Source: Octopus bimaculoides (taxonomy: Eukaryota). From it: 64,000 nt of DNA. The notes under the pieces were generated by a model. The model had not been told where the DNA came from. It made no database searches and was given only the letters and a program-made list of their open reading frames with translations. Below, piece by piece: positions 51,089 through 63,245 of the stretch. Positions within the stretch are counted from its first letter, which is position 1. Each line of letters opens with the position of its first letter. The translations under genes were made by a program, and so were the position numbers. Location: assembly GCF_001194135.2 (NCBI RefSeq), contig NC_068983.1:54113048-54177047 (forward strand), read 5' to 3'.

Positions 51089-51662
51089 GTGTGGAGATAG
51101 CCAAAAGAAGTATTTGACCCAGACTGCCTTCTTTCAGCTGTTAAACATGGAGGAGGATCTGTGATGATATCTTGGAAATCTGCCGGCCCAATGGTTTCCC
51201 TTCATGGCAGAAAAAATAGTTAAGATTCTTTAAGCGTTTTATCTGATCAAATTCATCCTATGGTTGCGGAACTGTTTCCAGAGGGAAACACAATCTTTCA
51301 GGATGATAATGCACCAATTCGCACAGCCAAAGTTGTTACTGAATGGCACGAAGAACATTCTAGTGAAGTTGAACATCTTATCTGGCCACCACAGTCCCCA
51401 GATCTCAATATTATTGAACATTTATGGTGCATTTTAGAAAAACAAGTAAGGAGTCGATATCCTCCACCATCATCACTACAAGAACTGGAGACTGTTTTAG
51501 CTGAAGAATGGATAAAAATTCCTTTGGAAACAATTCAAACTGTGTACAAGTCCATACCTCATAGAATTCAAGCTATAATTACTGCCAAAGGCAGTCCTAC
51601 CCCATATTAAGATAAATTTATTTGAAATTTTAAGGTGTTTCCATTATTTTGTCCAACCCCTG
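51089..51662 (+). mobile_element. 5'-truncated Tc1-like transposon (DD36E transposase remnant plus right TIR)
   Basis: Reads VWR*PKEVFDPDCLLSAVKHGGGSVM...FQDDNAPIRTAK...WPPQSPDLNIIEHLW...KGSPTPY*, with 36 residues between the second catalytic D and E. 29-bp TIR ggtgtttccattattttgtccaacccctg (51634-51662) followed by TA. Two in-frame stops before the listed ORF. Confidence 0.92.
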
Positions 51663-51688
51663 TATATATATAATGTATGTATATTATT

Positions 51689-52067
51689 CTTTACTCTTTT
51701 ACTTGTTTCAGTCATTTGATTGTGGCCATGCCGGAGCACCACCTTTAGTCGAGCAAATCGACCCCAGAACTTATTCTTTGTAACCCTAGTACTTATTCTA
51801 TCGCTGAACCACTAAGTCACGGGGATGTAAACACACCAGCATCGGTTGTCAAGTGATGTTGGGGGGACAAACAAAGACACACAAACGCACACATATATAT
51901 ACATATAAACGATGGGCTTCTTTCAGTTTCCATCTACAAAAGCCACTCACAAGGCTTTGGTCGCCTCGAGGCTATAATAGAAGACACTTGCCCAAGGTGC
52001 CACGCAGTGGGACTGAACCCGTAACCATGTGGTTGGTAAGCAAGCTACTTACCACACAGCCACTCCT
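51689..52067 (-). mobile_element. SINE family A, young
   Basis: Near consensus, full head and tail. Confidence 0.9.
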
Positions 52068-52460
52068 CCTTTATTAATAGACTATGAACTTACAAGCCTT
52101 GTTTCACTAAATGATCATTGTTATATTCTCAATATTGGTACACTGCCAAATAAAAAACCTTGTGATATTTAGTTACATCCCCTAATATTCTGAGTTCAAA
52201 TCTGGGTGAGATCGGCTCTGTTTTTTCCTTCCAACATGGTCACGTACTCATTAGTAACAGTATTATACTGATAGTCGATTTGATTGATTATATTTCCATC
52301 TCCTGTAAATTTGTTGGCTTTCTGTCAATGTAAGAAGCCATTATTACAGTGTGGTTGTGGCGGTAGTGGCAGCAGGGGGGGGGGGTCAATAATATAAATA
52401 CCAATGATTAAATAGAGCCCACCAGACACTGCAGCCTTGTATCAGTGCTATAAATAATGC

Positions 52461-52499
<39 letters not shown>

Positions 52500-52785
52500 T
52501 GATGATAACAAAAACATCATCACTGCTAACTAATAAAGCATGTGATAGTCATAAGAAAATAATAACAATGGTTTCAAATTTTGGCTCAAGGCCAGCAAAC
52601 TTTGGGGATGGAATTAAGCAAATACACTGAACCTAGCGTTCAACTGGTATTTTATTTTATGGACTCTGAAAGGATGAAAGGACAAAACTGGCCTTGGTGA
52701 AATTTGAACTTTGGATGTGATGAGGTGGAAGAAATACCACAAAACATTTTGTCCATTTTGTCCAACAGTTCTGCCAGCTTACCAC

Positions 52786-53191
52786 TTTACTCTTTCACTC
52801 TTTTACAGTTTCAGTCATTTTGACTGCGGCCATGCTGGAGCACCGCCTTTAGTCAAGTGCAAATCGACCCCAGGACTTATTCTTTGTAAGCCTAGTACTT
52901 ATTCTATCGGTCTCTTTTGCCGGACTGCTAAGTTACAGGGATGTAAACTCACCAGCATCGGTTGTCAAGCGATGTTGGGGGGACAAACACAGACACACAA
53001 ACATATGTATATACATATACATATATGCGACGGGCTTCTTTCAGTTTCCACCTACCAAATCCATGCACAAGGCTTTGGTCGGCTCGAGGCTATAGTAGAA
53101 GACACTTGCCCAAGGTGCCACACAGTGGGACTGAACCGAGAACCATGTGGTTGGTAAGCAAGCTACTTACCACACAGCCACTCCTGCACCT
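52786..53191 (-). mobile_element. SINE family A, young
   Basis: Near consensus, full head and tail. Confidence 0.9.
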
Positions 53192-53194
53192 ATT

Positions 53195-53359
53195 ATTACT
53201 TCTGTAATAATAATCCTTTCTACTAAAGGCACAAAGTCTGAAATTTTTGGGGAGGTGGCACGTTGATTACATGAAGAACATAAAGACAGACCATATACTG
53301 CTAAGTATTTCGCCTGTCATGTTAACAATTCTGTCAGCTCACCGCCTTTAATAATAATG

Positions 53360-53416
<57 letters not shown>

Positions 53417-53707
53417 GTTTCAACTTTTGCCACAAGGGCAGCGATTTTGGGGAAAGGAATGAGTCGAGTACATCAACTAATAATAACAATAATAATAATA
53501 ATGATAAAAAGAAAATAATCCTTTCTACTATATGCATAAGGCCTGAAATTTTGGGGCTGGAGATAGTTGATTACATCAACCCCAGTACTCATCAAACCCG
53601 AAAGGTTGAAAAGCAAAGTCAACCTCAGTGGCACTTGAACTCAAATCATAAAGATATAGATGAAATGCTGGAAAGCATTTTCCCCAGCATGTTAATGATA
53701 CTGCCAG

Positions 53708-53746
<39 letters not shown>

Positions 53747-54170
53747 GCGAGCTGGCAGGATCATTAACATGCTGGGCAAAATGCTTTGTGGCATTTTGTC
53801 CATCTTTACGTTCTGAGTTCAAATTCTGCCGAGATCAACTGCCTTTCATCCTTTCGGGGTTGATAAAATAAGTACCAGATGAACACTGGGGTCGATGCAA
53901 TCGACTCATCCTCCTCCCCCAAAATTGATGCCCTTATGGCGAAATTTGAAATCTTTATTATTATTATTTCTAATTTAGGTACAAGGCCAGCAAATTTTTA
54001 GGGGAGGGGATCAAGTCAATAATATTGACTCCAGTATTTTACTGGTGCTTTACTGATCCTAAAAAAAACAAAAGGCAAAGTTAATCCTTGTGGGGTTTGA
54101 GCTCAGAATGTATAGAGTGGAAAAGAGACAGCATTTTATCTGACACACTTACAATTCTGCCAGCTTGCAA
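53195..54170. mobile_element. Dense cluster of family C SINEs separated by (AAT)n/(ATT)n tracts, including a head-to-head pair
   Basis: Repeated gagctggcag heads and tttcatccttt[c]ggg motifs on both strands. Confidence 0.8.
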
Positions 54171-54227
54171 ACTGTCAAAATAATAATTTTGTATTTTTTC
54201 CTTTTAAACTTCTTAAGAAATCTTTGG

Positions 54228-54362
54228 GTTTTGCTTCCCAACCACATGATTCCAGATTCAGTCTCACTACATGGCACCTTGGGCAAGTGTCTTCTACTAT
54301 AGCCTTGGGCCGACCAAAGCCGTGTGAGAGTATTTGGTAAATGGAGATTGAAATAAGCCTGT

Positions 54363-54397
<35 letters not shown>

Positions 54398-54855
54398 CTG
54401 TACTTATATCCTACCGCCGTTTGACAACTGGCGCTGGTGTGTTTACATACTCCTAAGTTAGTGGTTTGGCAAAAGAACTGATAGCATAAGTATTTATTTA
54501 TGTGCCCTTATTAAAGCCTAGCCAGGCTCATGAGCCCGCTTTCCCGGTTTCTATGGCGTATGCCCCCCCCCCCCCAAGTGGATGGGACACTAGTCCATCG
54601 CAGCATTACTCAAGAAACAGGAAGAAAGAGTGAGAGAAAGTTGGGGGCGAAAGAGTACAACAGGGGTCGCCACCACCCCCTGCCAGAGCCTCGTGGAGCT
54701 TTAGGTGTTTTCGCTCAATAAACACACAATGCCCGGTCTGGGAATTGAAACCGCGAGTTCACTGGGCTATTGTGCCTCCGATAGCATAAGTAGCAGGCTT
54801 TAAAAAAATTTTCACGGCAGTGCCCCAGTATGGCCAAAGTCTAATGATAAAAGAT
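54228..54855 (+). mobile_element. SINE family A interrupted by an antisense family D (V-domain-like) SINE (54493-54779)
   Basis: 13-bp TSD gatagcataagta at 54480-54492 and 54780-54792. Confidence 0.85.
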
Positions 54856-55111
54856 CTTAGAGCTACTGGATCTCAAAAAGCTACTTGGATCACCTCAGAA
54901 AAGAACATGAGTTACATACATTTACAAAGATTACACAGACATTTTGTTTCCATAAAATATTAAGAAATGCGAAAGATCAAATTGTTCAAATAAACACTAT
55001 GAAAACAAGAGGATTTCAGCTCAATAAATAGTACAGAATGTAGAGAGGAATTACAGCAATAGAAGAAGAAGAAGAAGAAGAAGAAGACGAAACAGTTATA
55101 AGTCTAATTTG

Positions 55112-55370
55112 CTACATCTGATGAATTTTTGCCAAGTGCAGATTAGTTAAAAGTGTTTTCCCAGTTCCTCTGGATGCATCAAGAAAAATAATTCACCCTA
55201 CAGAAGTGGAACATGTTGATGATTGTTGAATATACCATTCTTTGGTCATGTAGCAAGTCTGGCTCATTAGTTGCTACTTATCGGTGAGAGCCTTCTATTT
55301 TGTATGGAGTCTCATGCAGAACCTCATGAAGGCTATCACTTTCTGTTTAATCATAGGAAGGCCAAGCAAT
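55112..55370 (-). pseudogene. Helitron RepHel fragment (start of the PIF1-like helicase, Walker A)
   Basis: Reads EVLHETPYKIE...VATNEPDLLHDQRMVYSTII, then after a frameshift IFLDASRGTGKTLLTNLHLAKI, matching the Helitron FFLDAPGGTGKTF motif. Confidence 0.8.
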
Positions 55371-55375
55371 GGAAG

Positions 55376-55563
55376 TTCTTGAAGAATTTTAGCTGAACAA
55401 ATTGACACCAGCACTTATTTTGTTTTAAGCCAGGTACTTATTTTATCGGTGTCTTTTGCTGAACCACTAAGTTACAGGGACATAAACACACTAACACTAG
55501 TAGTCAAGTGGTGGTGGACAGACACAAAGACATACACACATACATACATATCTACATAATACA

Positions 55564-55611
<48 letters not shown>

Positions 55612-55612
55612 A

Positions 55613-55657
<45 letters not shown>

Positions 55658-55826
55658 TATATAAAACAGGCTTCCTTCAGTTTCCTCTACCAAATCCTCT
55701 TGCAAAGCTTTGGTCAGCTCTAGGTTATAGCAAAAGACAATTGCTTGAAGTACTATATGGTGGGATTGAACCTAGAGCCATGAAGCTGGGAAGCAACCTT
55801 CTTCCCACACAACCACACCTGCACCT
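55376..55826 (-). mobile_element. SINE family A with an expanded internal (CA)n/(TA)n tract
   Basis: Family A body on both sides of the microsatellite at about 55560-55662. Confidence 0.8.
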
Positions 55827-56556
55827 ATGTTAGGATTTTTGTATATCAGGATTTCTCATTTAAAGCTAGCACTTGTGGTCACCTAACAGATCTTGGCTGT
55901 GATTTTACTATTATGCATGTGGTCTGTAAATATTACAAATTCACTTCAAAATGAATAAAATTCTTGAAGTTGGTTAGTGAAGACTGATGCTTCTCTCATT
56001 GTGATCTCTCAAGGTGTATCATCTTCAAGAAGGCCTCATTTCAAACATGTCTTTGTCAACATGTTACACAATTGACCTTGTATTATATACTAATCCTGGA
56101 AGGAATGTGAGGTTTTTAACATTAGGAAGGAGTATATAAATATGCTGGCTTGAATGAACACCTTAAAAATGCCAAAATAGAATGTATGTGAGAAGTGATT
56201 CTCTGACCCATCTCAGAGGATAGTAACTTTGGATAAAAACTGACTTTTACCATAAAAATCCATCCAACCCATGTCAGCGTGGAAAGCCATGTAAAATGAT
56301 AATGGAAATATGTGATGTGTGTGTTTAGAAAATCTCCCTTTATACGGATTACCCCAAAACATGTGTGTTTGAAAAGCTGTAAACAGTGAAAGTGCATACA
56401 ATGTATAAAATCTAAAAGATTTGTCATTTTGTGTGTGTGCATGTGTGTGTGTATATATATAAATATATATATAATTTTTATGAAAGAATGAAGTCATTTT
56501 AGTGTTCTGTACATTTCAATGACTGGCCATACATTTTGTATTCATACATGGTTATG

Positions 56557-56667
56557 TAATAAATTTTGAAGCTAATTTACTTTATCTGACATTTCCATCT
56601 CAGCTTACAATCGATGGAAAATTGAGATGAAAATGTCTGATGAAGTGAATTGGTTTCAAATTTATTA
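56557..56667. repeat. About 111-bp TA-flanked palindrome (MITE-like or long hairpin)
   Basis: Arms about 56557-56606 and 56619-56667 are reverse complements around a roughly 12-nt loop; most mismatches are G-U compatible on the + strand. Confidence 0.75.
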
Positions 56668-56758
56668 TATAATATTACATAATCTTTATATGTTTTACAA
56701 AAGATGTAGCTAGTCATTTAAATCTATTTAACATTAAACTGACTTTTCGATTTCTTCA

Positions 56759-57301
56759 TTAACCCACTCAAACCTGGGCTGTTTGTGTCTAACTTTACCC
56801 TCCACCTGGGCTCCTGAGCAAAAAAGAAATAGTTGCATGTAAAGCTCACAAGTGACAACATGACACAATCACAAAAAAATTTCAGGAGAATTACAATAAT
56901 AGACCGATCTCTCAACAACTGAATTTGTTCACCCGAATCGCTACTTTCCTCATCATTTTGACTTGTTTGATTGTCCAAATCACTCTCATTGCCAGCATAA
57001 GTGTAAATTCTTCATCCAAAGAATAAAATATCATCAATAATTTCCTCAACTGCAAAGAATCTAGGCCTTGTTCACTTTTTTGCCAATTAAAAACAAAAGT
57101 AAACAACAGCTATGGGGGACACCGTTAACAATGAGTCATAAACACACTTGACTACAAAACAGCAATGTGATCAGTCATCTAATTTTAGTATCTTATCTTC
57201 TTTGTCTAAACAAGTTGTTCATTACCACTTTAGTGACAATCCAGCAGAGATGATATTTAAGCTCTTCTTTCTATTGCAGAAACCCGGTGTGACAGGGTTA
57301 A
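56759..57301 (-). mobile_element. Probable piggyBac deletion derivative (about 535 bp between TTAA sites)
   Basis: TTAA-CCC at 56759 and GGG-TTAA at 57301, with TIRs matching at 11 of 15 positions. A frameshifted acidic peptide inside (RFFAVEEIIDDIL...ESDLDNQTSQNDEESSDSGE) resembles a piggyBac N-terminus. Confidence 0.5.
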
Positions 57302-57569
57302 AATTATTGATATCTACCCTGCAAAGATTTTTAATATACCTACTCTACGAATTTGTAGAGTGCTCTACTACTAATTAGCTAACGAATGAACAATCATTCT
57401 TTGCATAATTAAAAAGTGTAGTTTTTACACCACCCTTTGAACATTTTGCAAGCCAGGTTCTTGGATGAAGTGCTGATGAGGTGATCTAGATTTTAATTAT
57501 CCCCTCGATCATATGTGGTGCATTGCTGTATTCAAGAAGACCCACCCAACACAACAGAAATGAGATCCT

Positions 57570-57828
57570 GAAACCAAGGTGCCATGTAAAAAGCATTGGT
57601 GTGGGTGCTGGTGCCACATAAAAAACCCACTAGTAATGGTGTCACATAAAAAGCATCTAGAACTCTGTGTAAAATGGTTGACATTAGGAAGGGCATCCAG
57701 ATGTAGAAACCAAGCCCAAACAGATTATGGAACCTGGTGCAGTCCCTGGCCTTGCTAGTTCCTGTCAAGCCATCCAACCCATACCAGCATGGAAAACGGA
57801 TGTTAAATGCTGCTGCTGCTGATGATGA
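57570..57828 (+). mobile_element. SINE family B
   Basis: ggttgacattaggaagggcatccag...catggaaaacggatgttaaatg. Confidence 0.8.
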
Positions 57829-58235
57829 CACATATTCACATGGCATGTATGTTTCAGTTTACATATTGAAGTGCTTGATGCCTCCTTCTTGAGAAGTATT
57901 CTTTTACTTTCTTTTAGGCTTTTTCTTGCTTCAGTCACCGGACTGCAGCCATGCTGGGGCATTGCCTTGAAAGGTTTCATTCCATCAAATCTACCCCAGT
58001 GAAAATGTTAACAACCCAACACAAGTTGTCAAGTTGTGCTGTTAGACACACACACACACACACACACAAAGTTTATTATGTGTGTTTGTGGAGAATATGA
58101 TATAAATAAAGTTCTTATCATGATATTCAAGTAGGTACCAGTAATCTTCTCTAGAACTGAAGCAGAATCACTGGTGTTCACTGGAACAGCTTCTCCACAC
58201 ATGTAGACATAATTACTTGACACCATCAGTCACGA

Positions 58236-58632
58236 ATGACCATGGGTGTACCTAAGAGGTTCCCTCTGGGGTACAAGTCTGGGCGGAAAGTCGCCTCACC
58301 TGCGAACGCAAAACCTAGGGTTGTTTTTATGGAAGACCAACCTCTTCTCTCCATGCCACCGATGTTATGCATACCAGCCTCCTTTCGCCATGCCACCGAT
58401 GTTATGCATACCAGCCTCCTTTCGCCATGCCACCGATGTTATCCAAGGGAAAAGTAAAGGTCGATACAACTCGGCACCAATGACGTCGCAACTCATTTCT
58501 ACAGCTGAGTGAACAGGAGCAACATGAAATAAAGTGTCTTGCTCGGGAACACAACACGCAGCTTTGTCCAGGAATTGAACTCACAACCACATGATCATAA
58601 TCTTGATGCTCTAACCACTGAGCCATGCACCT
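58236..58632 (-). mobile_element. SINE family E variant with an internal perfect 37-bp tandem duplication (58351-58442)
   Basis: Unit ccatgccaccgatgttatgcataccagcctcctttcg twice plus an 18-nt partial. A related copy without the duplication lies at about 61238-61560. Confidence 0.8.
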
Positions 58633-60059
58633 TCACTAGACATAATTAGAGAAACAGTATCCAACTTTCTCTAAATCTTGTGAGTGTATGTGTGTGTGAA
58701 AGCAAGCATATACTTGCTATAGAAACACATGGTTCCTATTCAGCAAAATTATATCTAACAGTGTGACCAATTTTCTAATAAATTAAGTCTGTTGCTAATG
58801 GTAGCAACGATTATGGGTGTTGCAACATTGTTGCAAAAGAGAGGGTGCTATTGATGAAAATCTTGTCTTTGATCCCATTCTAGCTCTTTAGATATTAAAT
58901 ACCATTAAACACCATCTACATGTTCTTTAAAATATTCCGTACGGTTAATTCTCTTAATGAACCTTTAGTTCTAATATTGCCGACATAATGGCTTACAGAA
59001 GAAGAGAAAATGTAAGAGAGAGAGAGAGAAGAATGGGACGACAGTGGAGCAGTGGTAGTGGCAGCAGCAGCAGGTGTTGCTGGTGGTGGTGGTTGAATAA
59101 TCAAATATGGAAACAGAACGAAAATTAGCATCAATCACAATTCCCCGCCCACACTCCCTACACTCATTACTGTATTCTGGACAACGATGAAGAAAATGAA
59201 ATAAAACTGCCCAACAACCTCCATCCTTACATGCCATAAAAATTAAGTCTCTGGACATGAAACTGTTTCTTCATATAAAATAATCCACATTAGTAATTGG
59301 GGGATGTAATTGACCCCATGTCAATAGCTCTTTTTCTTTCCTTAACAGACTGTAATTATAAACCATGTACCACCTATACTTTACCCAAACCCCAATTATG
59401 TTTGATAATTATACAATATTGCTGCTATATAAGTGTGGATAGTCAACATGGTGGACAAACACAAATACAAGCATATATATACACATATAGATCTGATCTC
59501 AAATGTCAGTTAAAATTTTCACTTGTCTTGTTTTCAGTCTTGTTTTGTGTTAGAGAAATTCCTGGTAGATGAACAGACAAAAAATATGGTAGACCTAAAG
59601 GAGCCCTAAAAGTTGGAATGGTTGAAAAAATAAATAATTATTAAAAAAATGCTTCCAGAAGAGCTAAGATGATATATGTATATTTATAGCTAGAACAACA
59701 ATTTTCTATCTTTTTAACACACTCTGACTTTATATATAAAAATAGAAAAGAAAAAAAAATGAAGCAAAAACAATAACAAAAAAATATGAAAAAAAAACAT
59801 CAAAGCGAAGTGGAAAATGCCTCATCAGGGATTTGTAACAATTATTTGTTCAAACGAGGCCAAAGAAAAAAATAAAAAAAAGGAAAAAGGATAAAAAAAT
59901 AACATGGAACAGTTATCTGTAAATATAGTGGAAAGAAGAGCACGATAAAATGTGGTGTCACAAGATATTAAGTCACATGCTGTGATGTGGAACAAAACTC
60001 AACAAAATGTAAAGATGGAATTCCTATAAAAGCAAGGAAAAGGTATTATGTATATCTAG

Positions 60060-60111
60060 TGGATATATACATACATCATATATACACATATATATATGTA
60101 TGTGTGTATAT

Positions 60112-60185
<74 letters not shown>
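60060..60185. repeat. (TA)n microsatellite
   Basis: Seen directly. Similar tracts occur at about 22470-22910, 25196-25234, 33946-33983 and 42800-42845, with (AAT)n at about 35085-35150, 52455-52510 and 53350-53414. Confidence 0.95.
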
Positions 60186-60189
<4 letters not shown>

Positions 60190-61237
60190 TACCATTTATA
60201 AATTATTTTTTTTTTGTAAAGCACTGTACGTTCTCAGATATCAGTTATGTTACTTGGCTCTGCAGAAACAAGCTATGTTACTGGAAGATGCCAAAATTAG
60301 AATGATTTCTAATTGACAGCTGATGCTGAAAACAGGAAAATTGTAAAGAGTGTGAAGATTTTTCTTACTTAAAAAAAAAAGAAACTAACAAAAAATACAA
60401 AAGCAAAGTGAGAAAATATTTTACTATAAAAACATTTTTACAAGCTCCGATTGTGTCACCCATCACGCAGTAGCTTCGAAGTACATTACGTGTTTATACA
60501 ATTCTAATATCCATAGATATAAATTCTATTACATCATAAAACCTACCTTAGAATCCAATTATGATTTCCAGATTTCCAAATTTATTTCAAATCTCTAAAA
60601 TAAATTTATTTTTTCATGAGGAGTATGTGAATAACCCATATTCAGAAGCTATAAAGATATTAAATATTTGTGTGTATGGAGAGGGCTTCCAAAGTTCTCC
60701 TACAATGACAAGAAGCAGAATAGACATGGCTGTATGGTTAAGAAGTTTGCTTCACAACCACATGGCTTTGGGTTCAATCCCACTGAGTAGCACCTTGGGC
60801 AAGTGTCTTCTGCTACAGCCTCAGGCTAACCAATGTCTTTGTGATTGAACTTGATAGATGGAAACTGTGGAAGCTCCAACCTGTGTGCATGCATATCTGT
60901 GAGTGAGTGTTGAAGGCATATGGTGAAGTGGTTAGGGCATTTGGTGCATAATCACAAGGTTGTAAGTTCAATTCTCAGTGGTGCACCGTTGAGCAAGACA
61001 CTTTATTTCATGCTGCTCCAGTCCAAAAAACTGGTAAAAATAAGTTGTACTTGTAATTCAAAAGGACCAGCCTTGTCAACCAACAGAATGCTAGTTTAAA
61101 ATATGTGTGTATATTATACTACAGGATTGTTAGTAGCAGCTCGATGTATAATGTTAAGTTACCTCTTTTTCTATTTGGAGGTCAGAACCCACTGAAGTCA
61201 ACTTTGTTTTTTTTATTACATAATAAAAAGGTAAAGA

Positions 61238-62200
61238 CCGCCTTCAGCCATAAATGATCATGGGATTGTACCTAGAAGTTCCTCTCTGAGGCAAAAGTCT
61301 GGGCAAGGTTGTTTATGGAAGACCAGCAGTCACCCATGCATACTAGCCTCCTTTCTCCATGCTGTTGATGTTATCCGAGGGAAAGACAAAGGCTGATACA
61401 GCTTGGCATCAGTGATATCACCACTCATTTCTACAGTTGAGTGAACTGGAGCAATATGAAAATAAAGTGTCTTGCTCAAGAATACAGCACACAGCCTGGT
61501 CAAGGTATTGAACTCACAATTTCATGATTGTGAGCCTGACACTCTAACCAGTGAGCCATGTATGTCTGTGTGTCTTTGTAATGACACCATAGTTGTTGTA
61601 AATGAGCATCACCAGCATACATGTGGTGTTTGTCCCCAACTTCCTATAGAAACATGTCCAGTCAGAGGTGAAGGCATGGCTGTGTGGTTAGTATTTGCTT
61701 ATTAACCTGATGATTTTGGGTTCAGTCCCACAGCACGACACTTTGGGCAAATGTCTTCTACTACATCCACAGGTCAACCAAAGCCTTGTGATTATATCTG
61801 GTAGACAGAAACTGAAAGAATACTGTCAAATTTATACTTATATCTATGTGTGTGTGTGTGTGTCTTTTTGTCTGTGATTGTCCCCCACCAATGCTTGATA
61901 ACCGGTGTTGGTGTGTTTATGCCCCTGTATCTTAGTGGTTCAGGAAAAGAGACAGACAGAATAAGTACTCAGATCAATTCATTTGATTAAAAATTCTGCA
62001 AGGTGGTGCCCCAGCATGGCCACATTCTAAAGACTGAAACAAGTAAAAAACAAAAAGAACATCATGTTTGGAAACAGGTGAGGGTTGAAAAGAGGAGGGG
62101 GCCACTAACCATAGAAAATCTGCCGCATCAGATTCTATCCAACCCATGCCAGCATGAAAATATGGACATTAAAATGATAATGATGATGCAGATGATGATA
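61238..62200. mobile_element. SINE family E variant (-, about 61238-61560), family A (+, about 61672-62050) and family B tail (+, about 62060-62200)
   Basis: Diagnostic heads and tails as in the other copies. Confidence 0.75.
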
Positions 62201-62674
62201 AAAAGTCATCAAGGTGTATTTTTTTACAAAAAGGGATAACTTAAAACTTTTGATTCTTTCCATCCATTGCGTTGACTACAGAACAATTTTACTGGTAGTT
62301 CAGAAAAGCAACAAATATTGCAACTGTTCTAGCTACATCAGTAACATTTGCTTTATACCCTAACAATACTATGTACAATGACTGCTATAAAACATTCTTT
62401 TGTGATTTTCAGTGAATATTTTTGTTTAAGTCAAATAAAAAAATACAAATACTGTTATTTAGTTCCTATGAAGACCATCTCATATAATTCTCAGTTGAAA
62501 AAAAAAGGAACTTTTTACTTATATATATTTGTTAAATTATTGATTATACATAGATCAAGGGTGTTTTTTATGAGAAAAATCAAAGAAAAGACAAAGAAAA
62601 ATCTATATAAACTACTGAAGTTTGAAATAAGGTTAGTCCTGAAAAATATAAAAAGTTAGAAATTATTGTAGTTG

Positions 62675-62707
<33 letters not shown>

Positions 62708-62708
<1 letters not shown>

Positions 62709-63245
62709 GGCGGTGAGCATGCCTGGCGAAATGTTTAGCGAAATTTCGTCTGTCTTTATGTTCTGAGTTCAAATTCTGCCAGGGTCGACTTTGCTTTTCA
62801 TCCTTTTGTGGTTGATTAAATAAGTATCAGTTACACACTAGGGTTGATAAAATCAATTAGCCCCCCCTCCCCCAAATTTCAGGCCTTGAGCCTATAGTAG
62901 AAAGGATTATTATTATCATTATTAAGGTGGTGAGCTGGCAGAACTGTTACCATTCCAGACGAAATGCTTAGAAGGTCTTTGTCTATCTTCATGCTCTGTG
63001 TTCAAATTCAGCTGAAGTTGACTTTACCTTTCAAGCTTATGGGATTGATGATACCCAAGGTGCCATGCAGTGAGACTGAACCCGGAGCCACATGGTTGGT
63101 AAGCAAGCTACTTACTACACAGCCACTCCTGCGCCTATGTCTACCAAATTTATTTACAAGGGTTTTGTTGGCATGGGGCTATAGTGAAAGACACTTGCCC
63201 AAGGTGCCATGCTGTGGGACCGAACCCAAAACCACACAGCCATGT
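62708..63245. mobile_element. Family C SINEs (+) followed by two family A head fragments (-)
   Basis: aaggcggtgagc...gttcaaattctgcc...tttcatcc motif, then cccaaggtgccatgc twice. Confidence 0.75.

Noticed and set aside
60285-60463. Possible first exon MGDTIGACKNVFIVKYFLTLLLYFLLVSFFF with an AA|GTAAGA donor and a nearby acceptor, as the missing transmembrane anchor
   Set aside because: T-rich DNA translates as hydrophobic by default, the implied intron is only 43 nt, and there is no family-specific motif.
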